NCBI GenBank assembly: GCA_963777505.1
Contig: CAVZQN010000008.1
Coordinates: 320,001 to 384,000, forward strand
Reading direction: 5' to 3'
DNA length: 64,000 nucleotides
Origin: an uncultured bacterium
GTDB taxonomy: Bacteria > Acidobacteriota > HRBIN11 > JAKEFK01
Shown here: positions 20,963 through 30,703 of the stretch, one piece after another
How positions within the stretch are numbered: the first letter of the stretch is position 1
How the letters are laid out: each line of letters opens with the position of its first letter
The notes under the pieces: generated by a model
Databases searched by the model: none
What the model saw: the letters and a program-made list of their open reading frames with translations, nothing else
What the model was told of the DNA's origin: nothing
Made by a program: the position numbers and the translations under genes

Positions 20963-20983
20963 CCTCGTGTATAATGTCCCAAA

Positions 20984-21979
20984 ATGAGTTTGTCTTACTT
21001 TTTTGCCTCCTTCCTGGCATTTCTTCTCGCACTCTACGGTACTCCAATAGCACGCGCAGCTGCTTTGCGTTTTGGAGTTGTAGACAATCCTGATGGACGT
21101 CTAAAGCATCAGACTGAAGCTACACCGTATCTTGGTGGTCTCGCAATTTATCTTGGAGTTTTAATACCGCTCTGTTTGTTTTATAAACTCGATCAACGCA
21201 TTCTTGCGATTCTACTTTCAAGTACGCTCGTTCTACTTCTAGGTCTCATTGATGATTTTGGAGTGTTAACTCCTACCGCAAAATTTACCGGGCAGATTAT
21301 TGCAGCCTTTGTTCTGATTAAAGGCGGCGTGTTCATTCGGATTGAAACATTTCATCCCTTTTTGAACCTGACATTAACCGTCTTGTGGATCATCGGCATG
21401 ACCAATGCGATGAACATCATCGACATCATGGATGGACTTTGCGCGGGGATTTCGCTTGTGGCTTCATTTTGTTTGTTTTTAGTAGCAGCCCTGAAGAATG
21501 ACACGATGATTGCAATCTTTGCATTGACGCTAACTGGAAGTCTTGCGGGCTTCTTGAGGTATAATTTCCGACCTGCCCGAATCTATATGGGGGACACAGG
21601 GAGTATGTTTCTTGGATTATGTCTGGGGGCTCTTGCAATTGTCGGCGACTATTCTGATGTGAACAAGCTCGCTTTCTTCAATCCACTATTGATTTTTGGG
21701 GTAGCTATTTTTGACACGATTTATGTCGTAATTCTTCGCCTGTTAAAGGGAAGATCACCTTTCCTTGGAAGCAAAGATCATTTTGCAATTCGCCTGAAAT
21801 TCGCTGGCTGGCCGATTACTAGAATTGTAATCGGTTCGTATGTTGCCGCATCCATTTTAAGCATCCTTGCTTTATTAAACATGTTTCTTCCATTCACTTA
21901 TTCGTTGGCCCTGTACATAATCGTTGCACTCTGCTTTATGGGGCTTGGTGTGATATTGGGTCGTGTAAAGGTCGCTTAA
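20984..21979 (+). CDS. wecA: Undecaprenyl-phosphate alpha-GlcNAc-1-P transferase (WecA/TagO, MraY superfamily)
   Basis: TPYLGGLA, GLIDD, NAMNIIDIMDGL, YNFRPARIYMGDTGS and KDHF motifs. Confidence 0.85.
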   Translation: MSLSYFFASFLAFLLALYGTPIARAAALRFGVVDNPDGRLKHQTEATPYLGGLAIYLGVLIPLCLFYKLDQRILAILLSSTLVLLLGLIDDFGVLTPTAKFTGQIIAAFVLIKGGVFIRIETFHPFLNLTLTVLWIIGMTNAMNIIDIMDGLCAGISLVASFCLFLVAALKNDTMIAIFALTLTGSLAGFLRYNFRPARIYMGDTGSMFLGLCLGALAIVGDYSDVNKLAFFNPLLIFGVAIFDTIYVVILRLLKGRSPFLGSKDHFAIRLKFAGWPITRIVIGSYVAASILSILALLNMFLPFTYSLALYIIVALCFMGLGVILGRVKVA

Positions 21980-23286
21980 TGGAAACGGAATTTCTGATCA
22001 TTGGTGCAGGCCTGGCCGGTTTGAGCGCCGGGTATCATTTGGGAAACAAAGAACATACGATCGTTGAAAGCGATGAACGCGTTGGTGGGCTTTGTAAATC
22101 ATTTCAAGTAGATGGTTTTACTTTTGATTGCACCGGCCATCTAATACATTTCCGAACAAAAGAAGGCCGCGAACTGATCACCAGGTTGATTGGTGACAAG
22201 ATTCAGCAGCACCAGCGCAAAGCCGCAATCTTCCTGGAAAACCGCTTTACTGATTATCCCTTCCAGGCAAATACTTACGGTTTGCCTCCAGAAATAATTA
22301 AAGAATGTTTACTTGGTTTTGTGAAAACCCTATCTCACAAGCAACCGAAAAAAATTGGGAATTTTCATGATTGGATTTATGAGACATTTGGAGAAGGAAT
22401 CTCAAAGTATTTTATGGTGCCCTATAACCAGAAGCTGTGGCAGCATGATCTTCGTGATATCTCGCTTGATTGGGTGAACTGGTCCATTCCAAAACCGAAC
22501 GTAGAAGATGTGATCAATGGGGCTCTAGGGATCAAGAATAAACAGTTCGGATACAACCCTGTCTTTTATTATCCGAAGAAGGGTGGCATTGGAATTTTTC
22601 CAAATGGAATTCCTGTAAATGGAGAGCTCCATCTCGATAGCCCGGTCGAAAAAATCAATATCAAAGAGAAGCGAGTTACTCTTCGCAATGGCAAGAAAAT
22701 CCGCTACAGGTATTTACTCTCAACGATGCCCTTGCATCAGTTCTTGAAATGCGTCGAAAATCCAACATCTTTATTAAGCTCCGCTTACGATCGATTGGAA
22801 TACATTTCTGTTCTAAACATCAACATCGGTGTTGAGCGTGAGGAAATTATTCCTTATCACTGGGTTTATTTTCCTGAGCGAAACAAACCTTTTTATCGTA
22901 TCGGTTGCCTTTCTAATATTTCAAAAAATGCGGCGCCAAAAGGAACTTCTTCCTTGTTTATTGAAATTTCTTTGCGTTCAGATGAAAAACACGATGTAAA
23001 AAAGGTGACAAAAGAAGCACTTGAAGCTTTGCGCAACGCAAAGATTCTTCGAAAAGGGGACAAACTCGCAATTGTGTATCCAGTTCTGCTGAATTATGCA
23101 TATGTCATTTACAACAAAGCCAGATCAAAAACAGTGACGCATGTGCACAATTATTTAAATATGCATGATGTTTACAGCTTTGGCAGATATGGATCCTGGA
23201 ATTATTCAAGTATGGAAGACGCTGTTTTGCAGGGAAAGGAATTTGCGGAAAAGGTACTGGCTCTTTCTTCCAACGATAAGCCATGA
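21979..23286 (+). CDS. FAD-dependent oxidoreductase, UDP-galactopyranose mutase-like
   Basis: GAGLAG Rossmann fold, VGGLCKS, FDCTGH, PYNQKLW, F.YPKKGG and GRYGSWNY..MEDAV motifs. Confidence 0.7.
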   Translation: METEFLIIGAGLAGLSAGYHLGNKEHTIVESDERVGGLCKSFQVDGFTFDCTGHLIHFRTKEGRELITRLIGDKIQQHQRKAAIFLENRFTDYPFQANTYGLPPEIIKECLLGFVKTLSHKQPKKIGNFHDWIYETFGEGISKYFMVPYNQKLWQHDLRDISLDWVNWSIPKPNVEDVINGALGIKNKQFGYNPVFYYPKKGGIGIFPNGIPVNGELHLDSPVEKINIKEKRVTLRNGKKIRYRYLLSTMPLHQFLKCVENPTSLLSSAYDRLEYISVLNINIGVEREEIIPYHWVYFPERNKPFYRIGCLSNISKNAAPKGTSSLFIEISLRSDEKHDVKKVTKEALEALRNAKILRKGDKLAIVYPVLLNYAYVIYNKARSKTVTHVHNYLNMHDVYSFGRYGSWNYSSMEDAVLQGKEFAEKVLALSSNDKP

Positions 23287-25643
23287 AATCGACACCGGGA
23301 ATCTGGATGTCCGGTAAACTGGTACTGATCAGACACGCTGTCAGCATCATCTTACTTTTCACTGCATGGAAAATGATTCAGCGTTGGTATTTTTTCCAAC
23401 ATTCGTCTGATTATTTCCTTTTTGTACTCCTTGCATGCAGTGGCTTCATTCTGGCCGCCGGACCATTCGTGTTGAATGAACTTCGAAATATTTCCCGAAA
23501 CAAAATTCTGGCTTGCTTGCCTTTACTTGTGCTGCTGCTTCCATGGGGAGAATGGCTGAGTCTTGGAACCATCTTTACGCGCGAAAGCTGGTCTGAGATG
23601 CTTTTCAAGCAAGCGGCATTTGTATATGTTTGTGTTTCAGTGCTCCGTATTTTTCCTTCGCTCGCATCGCAGATCACGAATCGATTTTTGAGGTTGCTGG
23701 AGTTTGCCTCCACTAATCCTTTCTTAATGTGGACCGCACCTGTTTTTTTATTTGCTCTTACTGGATGGATTGCCATATTTGTCTATCAGGAAACACCTGT
23801 CGTTCAGGATTCTGCAGCTCATTTGTTTCAAGCGCATATCTTTAAGAATTTCAAACTTTACGCTCCAGCTCCAGTTTTAATGCAAGAAGCATTTACTGGT
23901 CCGCTTGATCTTTTGGTTATGAAGGACGGTAAATGGTTCGGTATGTATTTTCCGGGATATGCCGCATTAATGGCTCCCGCCGCCCGATTCAATCTTGAGT
24001 GGCTCGTATCTCCGCTTCTGGCAGCTCTTACGTGTGCAATATGGATCTTATATGCACAACGATGGCACAGCCGCAGAACTGCAATCCTACTTGGCTGGCT
24101 TCTGGCCATTTCTCCTTTTATCGTTGTCATGTCCTCTACTGTTATGGTTTTTACACCAGAACTGTTTTTCGCTTCGATTGTTATCTTCTTGTTGAGGTTG
24201 AGTCTTGAAAAACCTCAGCTGTTGCCACTCGCTGGTTTAGCTGTGGGAATTATTGGCGTAATTTTGGTTCGCACTTTTTCGTTGTTACCTTTCCTGCTTC
24301 CTGTGGTTGCGTACGTTTCATTCCAGGCCGTCCGAAGAAAAACAATTCGTATCCCTGTTGCTATTCTGTTTGGATTCTTAGTTGGAACGATCGCACTCTT
24401 TCTTTACCAATTAAAAACAACAGGCAATGCACTTCAATCTGGATACAAACTTGAATTTCCTGACTTGGGCTTAGGCTTCCGGCAGTACTATATTGGCACT
24501 CACAGTCCATTGAAAGCGATTGATAATGCTTCAAATAATTTGCTGGGATTAAATCATTGGATTGGAGGATGGTACTCTGGCTCGCTACTTTTTGTGATTG
24601 GTTTTCTCTGGAGACAGAAACTTCAAACTTGGGACAAGCTTTTTATCACAGGATGCTGTTTCTTAATTGCACTTTATTTTTTTTATTTTTATCAGGACCT
24701 TTTCTTCGGACCTCGTTTTTTTTACTCTTTTACTCCAATCCTCCTTCTCTTTATCGCTCGAAGTGTTACAGAGGTGTCGTTTGATTCGAAATTCCAGCCT
24801 CAGATATTGATTCCGCTTCTTGTACTTACGATTCTTTTTTCAGTGCCAAATACCTTGCCCGCATTTATCAAACGATATGATCCATCAAAGACACAGGCGG
24901 GCAAACTGAAAGAGCAAATCAGAAAAAATGTCGATAAACCAACCCTTGTGTTTCTTGATGACAATACCGCCCAGAATTTCGTGAACTGGAACGATCCATT
25001 CTTAAAATCAAATATCGTTATTGCTCGAGATCTGGAAGAACATAACTCGGAGGTTCAAAAATTTTTTCCAAACCATAAACCTGTTTGGTTTCGAATGACC
25101 TCTTCATTTGAAAAAGGTAAAATTACGGGTGGTTTCAAGTTTGCGAGTGAGCCTGACCGAAAACCAACAGGCACACTTAGCTTATTTGATCTGGCTATGG
25201 CACTTCAGGCGGCGCGCGATTATCCTAAGCAAGATTTTTTTGATATCTGTTACATCGATATTTTTGACGCAGGTTCAGGCCGCGAAAATTATGAATTTCT
25301 GAATGATGTCAAAGAAACGAACCTCAGGGGAGGAGAATACAAACGCGTCTTCCGAAGCGGCGTTATACATGCAGGTAAAATGCTGCTCCTACCCCTCATC
25401 GCATTTGACGAACGCGGGCATGATTGGAAACTTACTTTCAATCGTTCAGAGTTTCGAAAAGAATTTAATAGTGCGCGAAGTGATTTTGTGCAAACTGGCG
25501 ATATTGGACACACAATCTTAGATCAAATGGACAAAGTAATGAAAAGAATTGATCAGAACTCGGATCAACAATTATCAGACTCGGAAATCGATCTGTTTCT
25601 GGTTGAAAAAATGAAGCTGGTTAGTATGGGAGCATCACTCTGA
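23283..25643 (+). CDS. GT-C-like (ArnT/PMT-type) glycosyltransferase with C-terminal EF-hand-like loop
   Basis: QDSAAHLFQA loop, GKWFGMYFPG and FFGPRFFY motifs; many TMs; DQNSDQQLSDSE near the C-terminus. Confidence 0.65.
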   Translation: MKSTPGIWMSGKLVLIRHAVSIILLFTAWKMIQRWYFFQHSSDYFLFVLLACSGFILAAGPFVLNELRNISRNKILACLPLLVLLLPWGEWLSLGTIFTRESWSEMLFKQAAFVYVCVSVLRIFPSLASQITNRFLRLLEFASTNPFLMWTAPVFLFALTGWIAIFVYQETPVVQDSAAHLFQAHIFKNFKLYAPAPVLMQEAFTGPLDLLVMKDGKWFGMYFPGYAALMAPAARFNLEWLVSPLLAALTCAIWILYAQRWHSRRTAILLGWLLAISPFIVVMSSTVMVFTPELFFASIVIFLLRLSLEKPQLLPLAGLAVGIIGVILVRTFSLLPFLLPVVAYVSFQAVRRKTIRIPVAILFGFLVGTIALFLYQLKTTGNALQSGYKLEFPDLGLGFRQYYIGTHSPLKAIDNASNNLLGLNHWIGGWYSGSLLFVIGFLWRQKLQTWDKLFITGCCFLIALYFFYFYQDLFFGPRFFYSFTPILLLFIARSVTEVSFDSKFQPQILIPLLVLTILFSVPNTLPAFIKRYDPSKTQAGKLKEQIRKNVDKPTLVFLDDNTAQNFVNWNDPFLKSNIVIARDLEEHNSEVQKFFPNHKPVWFRMTSSFEKGKITGGFKFASEPDRKPTGTLSLFDLAMALQAARDYPKQDFFDICYIDIFDAGSGRENYEFLNDVKETNLRGGEYKRVFRSGVIHAGKMLLLPLIAFDERGHDWKLTFNRSEFRKEFNSARSDFVQTGDIGHTILDQMDKVMKRIDQNSDQQLSDSEIDLFLVEKMKLVSMGASL

Positions 25644-27208
25644 GGTCAGGCTCACTGGAACGCATCAGAAAACTTGCCGTAGAAGAAATTCTACCGGAAG
25701 AACATCAGGCGGCACTAGAAGTATTAAAATCCCGCCGCGTAGCAATCTTCATCGTTGCGTATAACGCAGAAGCACATCTCGAATCGCTGATCGAACGCAT
25801 TCCTTCACAACTGATGCCCTATTTTGCTGAAATTTTTATTATTGATGACAGCTCAAGCGATATGACTTTCGAGGTAGCCAATCGCATTATCAAAAAATAT
25901 CCGAACCGCAATATCACCGCTTATAAAACGCCATTTAATCGCGGCTACGGCGGGAATCAAAAAATCGGATATCTGTATTGCATGGAAAAGGGACATGACA
26001 TCGTCGTACTTTTGCATGGAGATGGCCAATATGCGCCTGAATATCTACCTCGTATCCTTTCACAATTTAAGGACAATCCTGATGCTGTTTTTGCATCAAG
26101 AATGATGAACAAAAAACAGGCCCTTCAAGGCGGAATGCCCTTCTATAAATGGATCGGAAATCAGGTTCTTACAAATTTCGAAAATCGTTTGCTCAAAGCG
26201 AACCTTTCAGAATTTCATACTGGACTCAGAGCTTACAGTGTTGAATCTTTGAAAAAGATTCCATTTACGTACAATTCTGATGGCTTTCACTTTGATACAG
26301 AAATCATTATTCAAGTCCTTGCAAAAGGGCTAACGATCAAAGAAGTTTCTATTCCAACATTTTATGGAACTGAAGTTTGTCACGTAAACGGCTTTGAGTA
26401 TGCATACAACTGTATGCGATCCGTTATTGCCTACAATCTTGTAAACCTTGGTCTTTATTACAAACGGAATTTTGATTTCGGTCTTTTTGAATCTGAGAAT
26501 TACGTTTTTAAACGAAGCCCTTATTCCTTGCATCAGTATGTATTGAAGAGCGCAGGCCTGCATCCAGGCATGGTAAGCATTGAACTCGGTGCGAATCGTG
26601 GAATTTTAAGCAGCCATGTCGCAGAGAATGTGAATCAACATATAGCAGTTGATCAAAACACACCTGATCTAGCCGGCAAATCGGAAGCACTTGCTCTGGA
26701 TCTTGATAAATCCTTTGCTTCGCAAATTCCCCGTCGCAAGTATGAACTTTGCATTGCACTTGATGTTATTGAACATTTGAATGAACCTGAACATTTTTTG
26801 CTTGAAGTTTTTGATCTATTGAAGGCAAAAGGGAAACTTTTCATCAGCACAGCCAACATCTGTTATCTCCCAATGAGGCTTTCAATGCTATTGGGACAAT
26901 TCAACTATGGAAAGCGTGGGATCCTCGATCGTACCCACAAGCGATTATTCAGTGTAGCCAGCTTTCGGAAACTTCTTGCACAGTACGGTTATAAAGTCGA
27001 AGTGGTTCAAGGATTCGCGCCACCTTTAACAGATCTTATCAATAGCGGCTTTATGATGCGTTTACTTGAACGTGTGCACTCATTTTTGTCTCGTCATATG
27101 CCAAATCTGTTCGCATATAATTTTCTCGTAATTGCTACTCGTATGGATGGAATCGAAGACATTCTCAAGCAAACGACCGCAACGATGAAAGCTGCGGGAA
27201 GTCAGTAG
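25640..27208 (+). CDS. GT2 (polyprenyl-P-sugar synthase-like) fused to a SAM methyltransferase; probable CTG start
   Basis: RVAIFIVAYNAE lies upstream of the tracked ATG 25814; IIDDSSSD, GYGGNQK, HGDGQY and FHFDTE; C-terminal ELGANRG, LDVIEHL and GILDRTH. Confidence 0.85.
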   Translation: MRSGSLERIRKLAVEEILPEEHQAALEVLKSRRVAIFIVAYNAEAHLESLIERIPSQLMPYFAEIFIIDDSSSDMTFEVANRIIKKYPNRNITAYKTPFNRGYGGNQKIGYLYCMEKGHDIVVLLHGDGQYAPEYLPRILSQFKDNPDAVFASRMMNKKQALQGGMPFYKWIGNQVLTNFENRLLKANLSEFHTGLRAYSVESLKKIPFTYNSDGFHFDTEIIIQVLAKGLTIKEVSIPTFYGTEVCHVNGFEYAYNCMRSVIAYNLVNLGLYYKRNFDFGLFESENYVFKRSPYSLHQYVLKSAGLHPGMVSIELGANRGILSSHVAENVNQHIAVDQNTPDLAGKSEALALDLDKSFASQIPRRKYELCIALDVIEHLNEPEHFLLEVFDLLKAKGKLFISTANICYLPMRLSMLLGQFNYGKRGILDRTHKRLFSVASFRKLLAQYGYKVEVVQGFAPPLTDLINSGFMMRLLERVHSFLSRHMPNLFAYNFLVIATRMDGIEDILKQTTATMKAAGSQ

Positions 27209-29620
27209 TGTCAAATAACAGAATTTCTCTGACTGCAATTCCAAAAGAGCCCGGGTTCTGGATCTTATTTTCCATTGCAATTGCATTTTTCTACCGGCCA
27301 CTCTTTAACGACGAAACGTTTTTCTTTCGTGATCTTTACAATCATTTCTACCCACAAAAGAAATTGTTTGCTGAGCTTATGCTCTCCGGGCAACTACCGC
27401 TTTGGGATCCATTCCGGCATGGTGGACAACCTTTTCTAGCGAACATGAATAATTCCGTGTTGTATCCCACGAATTTCCTTTATCTGATCCTTGCTCCAAT
27501 TACAGCCTTCAATGTCGATATCGTTTTGCATGTTTTACTTGCATCCTGGTCTGCATACACGCTAGCAAGGATTTTGAATTTCAATCCAATTGCTTCCACA
27601 ACATGCGGAATTATCTATGCATTCTCAGGTCCTGCGCTTTCAGTTCCCAATGTTTGGCTGTATGCACCATTTCATCTTCCTTTGATGCTGGCACTGTGGC
27701 ATCTCTATTGTCTTGAAGAAAAAAAACGCTGGTTTGTACTGGCAGCGTTGGTTGGCACGATACAAGTTTTCGCGGGACGGCCCGAGCTGCCTGCAATAAC
27801 AGCAGTCACTTTGTTGATCTGGACATTGGCTTTTCCATATGGTCAAAATCTAAAAAAAGTATTCCGCTTCTTACTTCTGGAATTTTCAATCATTGGGCTA
27901 GCTGCAATTCAATTGATTCCGATGCTGGATTTGGTGCAGCAATCCTCTCGTGGTAATGTTACAAATCTTCACTCATTTTTCGCGTGGTCGGTTGATCCGC
28001 GAAGATATCCTGAATTCGCCATTCCAAACTTTCTAGGATCCGTCTACAGCGTTCTTGAATCAGACTTTTGGGGTCAAATTCTCGAAGATCTCGGAGTTCC
28101 ATACGTTTTGAGTCTTTACTTCGGAATTCCGGTTTTATTGTTTGCAATTATCGGTGGAATCAACAAAATTCCTGATCCCAAATTCCCTCGCAGAATTCGA
28201 ATTCTATTTCTCGTTATGATTGCACTTTGCTTCGTCGCAATGGCCGGACGTCACATGCTAGGGTTCCGGTCTCTTGTGGATGCCGTGCCTGCGATCACGA
28301 TATTCCGCTATCCGGTGAAATTCATTTTTCTTGCTCTTCTACCTTTTAGTTTGTTGGCGGGATATCAATTGCATCATTTTTTGGAAAATTCAGAGGAACA
28401 AGTTTCGCGTTTTACGATTGCGATAGTCGCATCCGCAGCAACGGCTCTTTCAATATTCGCCGCATATTGCTGGTTGTTTCCTAATGAGGCCGGGAGTTTT
28501 TTAACTTACTATTTCGGAAAAGCCGCGCTGAAAGGATTACGGAATTCAATTTTGCATGCCGCTGCGTCTTCGCTCCTGCTCGCTTTAATCATGGGTTACA
28601 GAACGATTCGGAAAAAACCGAATATCACAGCTGGAATTTCAATTTTGATAGCCCTCGATTTATTGGTCGCCGGCGCAGCGATAAACCAGTTTGCACCGCG
28701 TGAATTTTTAACAACCGTTCCCGATCTTGCTTCTTTCTTACAAACAGGAAATTGGAAATAGAAAACTATATAGGGACGTAGATTACGGTTCATTTACTTA
28801 CCGGCTTCCTTCAAGCGAAAGCGTCTACGTGGACCGCTGGCGTTTAGAGTTATTAAGCAACTATACAGCGACGCTTTACAACATCCCTGTTGTTTTTCAT
28901 GAAGATTATGATTGGCTAGAGCTGAGAAGAATGGAATCTATAAGCAGGACTTTGGCAAAATCAAATTGGGATCAAAAACTTTCCATTTTTTCTTCAGCTG
29001 CCGTTCGATTTGTATTAACAGCTCAGAGGATTCAGATCCCCGGCTTGAAACTGATTCGAATTATCAACAATGCAAGCAACACGCCGTACTTTCTCTATCA
29101 AAACGAACGTTGCGCACCAAGGGTTACTTTTGTTTCAAACTCACATGTTGAAACTTCAAAAGAAATTCTAAATCTAATAACGCTTCCAACGTTCGATCCT
29201 TGCAGTACAGTCCTGTTAGAAGATACAACTGCCCTGAAAAATTCCGGCACTCCAAAGGCAACAGTGAAAGTACTGAACTGGCGTTCGAATTCTTCAACTC
29301 ACTTAGTGATTACCGACAAGCCTGGATTTGTAGTGTTTTCGGAACCTTTTACCAACGGATGGTTATGGAAAGTTGATGAGTGGAATGTAAAACCAATTCG
29401 TGCAAATTACGCGTTTTCAGCAATAGCAGTTCCTGAAGGAAAACATTACATCCATCGTGTTTATCGACCGGTATCTGTAGTTGTTGGAACTGCAGTTTCT
29501 TTAATTTTTCTTTTAGGATTTGTGATCTTCAGTGTTGTCAGAAAGGGTATTACTTCTACTACTGAGAAAATTGCTGCTCCCTTGAATCCTGGTGAAACAA
29601 CATTTAACTCGACCGTATAA
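27208..29620 (+). CDS. YfhO-family GT-C membrane glycosyltransferase, split by an apparent +1 frameshift near 28741
   Basis: FRDLYNHFYP, LPLWDP..GGQPFLAN, FRYPVKF; C-terminal GFVVFSE...GW...RANYAFSAIAVPEGKH. Removing one C joins DLASFL-KQEIGNRK. Confidence 0.8.
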
Positions 29621-29654
29621 AACAGCTTCGAATAATTGTTTCTGAAACAGAAAG

Positions 29655-29663
29655 TGGTATACT
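29655..29663 (+). promoter_or_regulatory. Extended -10 promoter
   Basis: TGGTATACT about 40 nt upstream of the TTG at 29702. Confidence 0.45.
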
Positions 29664-29701
29664 CGCTGCGCTGGAAATCTTGAGGGTTTTATTTAGAACA
29701 A

Positions 29702-30703
29702 TTGAGAAAGTACATATTAGTTCTTTTTGTAATTTTGCCCCTTTTTTCTTGCAAAAGAACCCCTCCTATTCTTTGGACAACTGTTACAGGCGGTCCTGTT
29801 TATGGCTCACCTGCCTACGATAACGGTCTAATTTTCATTGGCAGTCAAGATAAGTATCTGTATGCCTTGAATGAGCGCGATGGAAGTGTAGCGTGGAAAA
29901 CCAATCTTGGCGCCAGAGTCGTCGCAACTCCGGTAATACGAGATGGATCACTATACATTGGAAGCGGAACGGGTGAATTTTTCAGTCTTAATCCGAAAAC
30001 AGGCCAAAAGAATTGGGTCTCAAAAACAGAAGGTTTAATTCATTACGAACCATGTTCTGATGAAACGGGTTTGTATTTTGGGAATGATCGCGGCCAATTT
30101 CTTAAAGTGAATTACGATGGCCAAATAGTATGGACTTTCAAAACCATAAATAAGTTCAATGGTGGTTGCAATTTTTATAAAGACTACGTTCTGACAAGCT
30201 CATGGGACTACAATTTCTATGCTCTTAATAAAAATGACGGCACAGTCGCATGGAAAGTCTCTTCTGGAACGCTGAACTACGGCGGACCGGAAATTGTGGG
30301 TGACGATGTTTACTTCGCAACGCATCAACAAATTTATCAGATTGAAGCGGCTACTGGAAAAGTTCGATCCCTCATAAAAACCCCATATCTTGTACATGTC
30401 TTGAATCACAACGGTTATCTCTGGACCAATGAAAAAGGATTGTCCAGGCGAAAACTGAATGGTGAAATTGTTGGCTCCGTCGATTTCAATTCCAATGCTG
30501 GATTCAAACCTGTTGTTGCAAAAGATCTTTTTATCCTGGCTGATACTACGAACTCTCTGTATGGAGTCTCCACAGATATGAAAATTCTTTGGAAACTTAA
30601 GCAAAGTGAGGCGTTCTGGTCTTCTGGTGTGATCAACAATAGCGTGTATTACACGGGAAACCGCAACAATAATGTTTATGCAATCCAATTACCGAAATCT
30701 TAG
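29702..30703 (+). CDS. PQQ-like beta-propeller lipoprotein (BamB-like repeats)
   Basis: Lipobox LFSC; repeated LYALN..DG.V.W blades. Confidence 0.85.
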   Translation: MRKYILVLFVILPLFSCKRTPPILWTTVTGGPVYGSPAYDNGLIFIGSQDKYLYALNERDGSVAWKTNLGARVVATPVIRDGSLYIGSGTGEFFSLNPKTGQKNWVSKTEGLIHYEPCSDETGLYFGNDRGQFLKVNYDGQIVWTFKTINKFNGGCNFYKDYVLTSSWDYNFYALNKNDGTVAWKVSSGTLNYGGPEIVGDDVYFATHQQIYQIEAATGKVRSLIKTPYLVHVLNHNGYLWTNEKGLSRRKLNGEIVGSVDFNSNAGFKPVVAKDLFILADTTNSLYGVSTDMKILWKLKQSEAFWSSGVINNSVYYTGNRNNNVYAIQLPKS

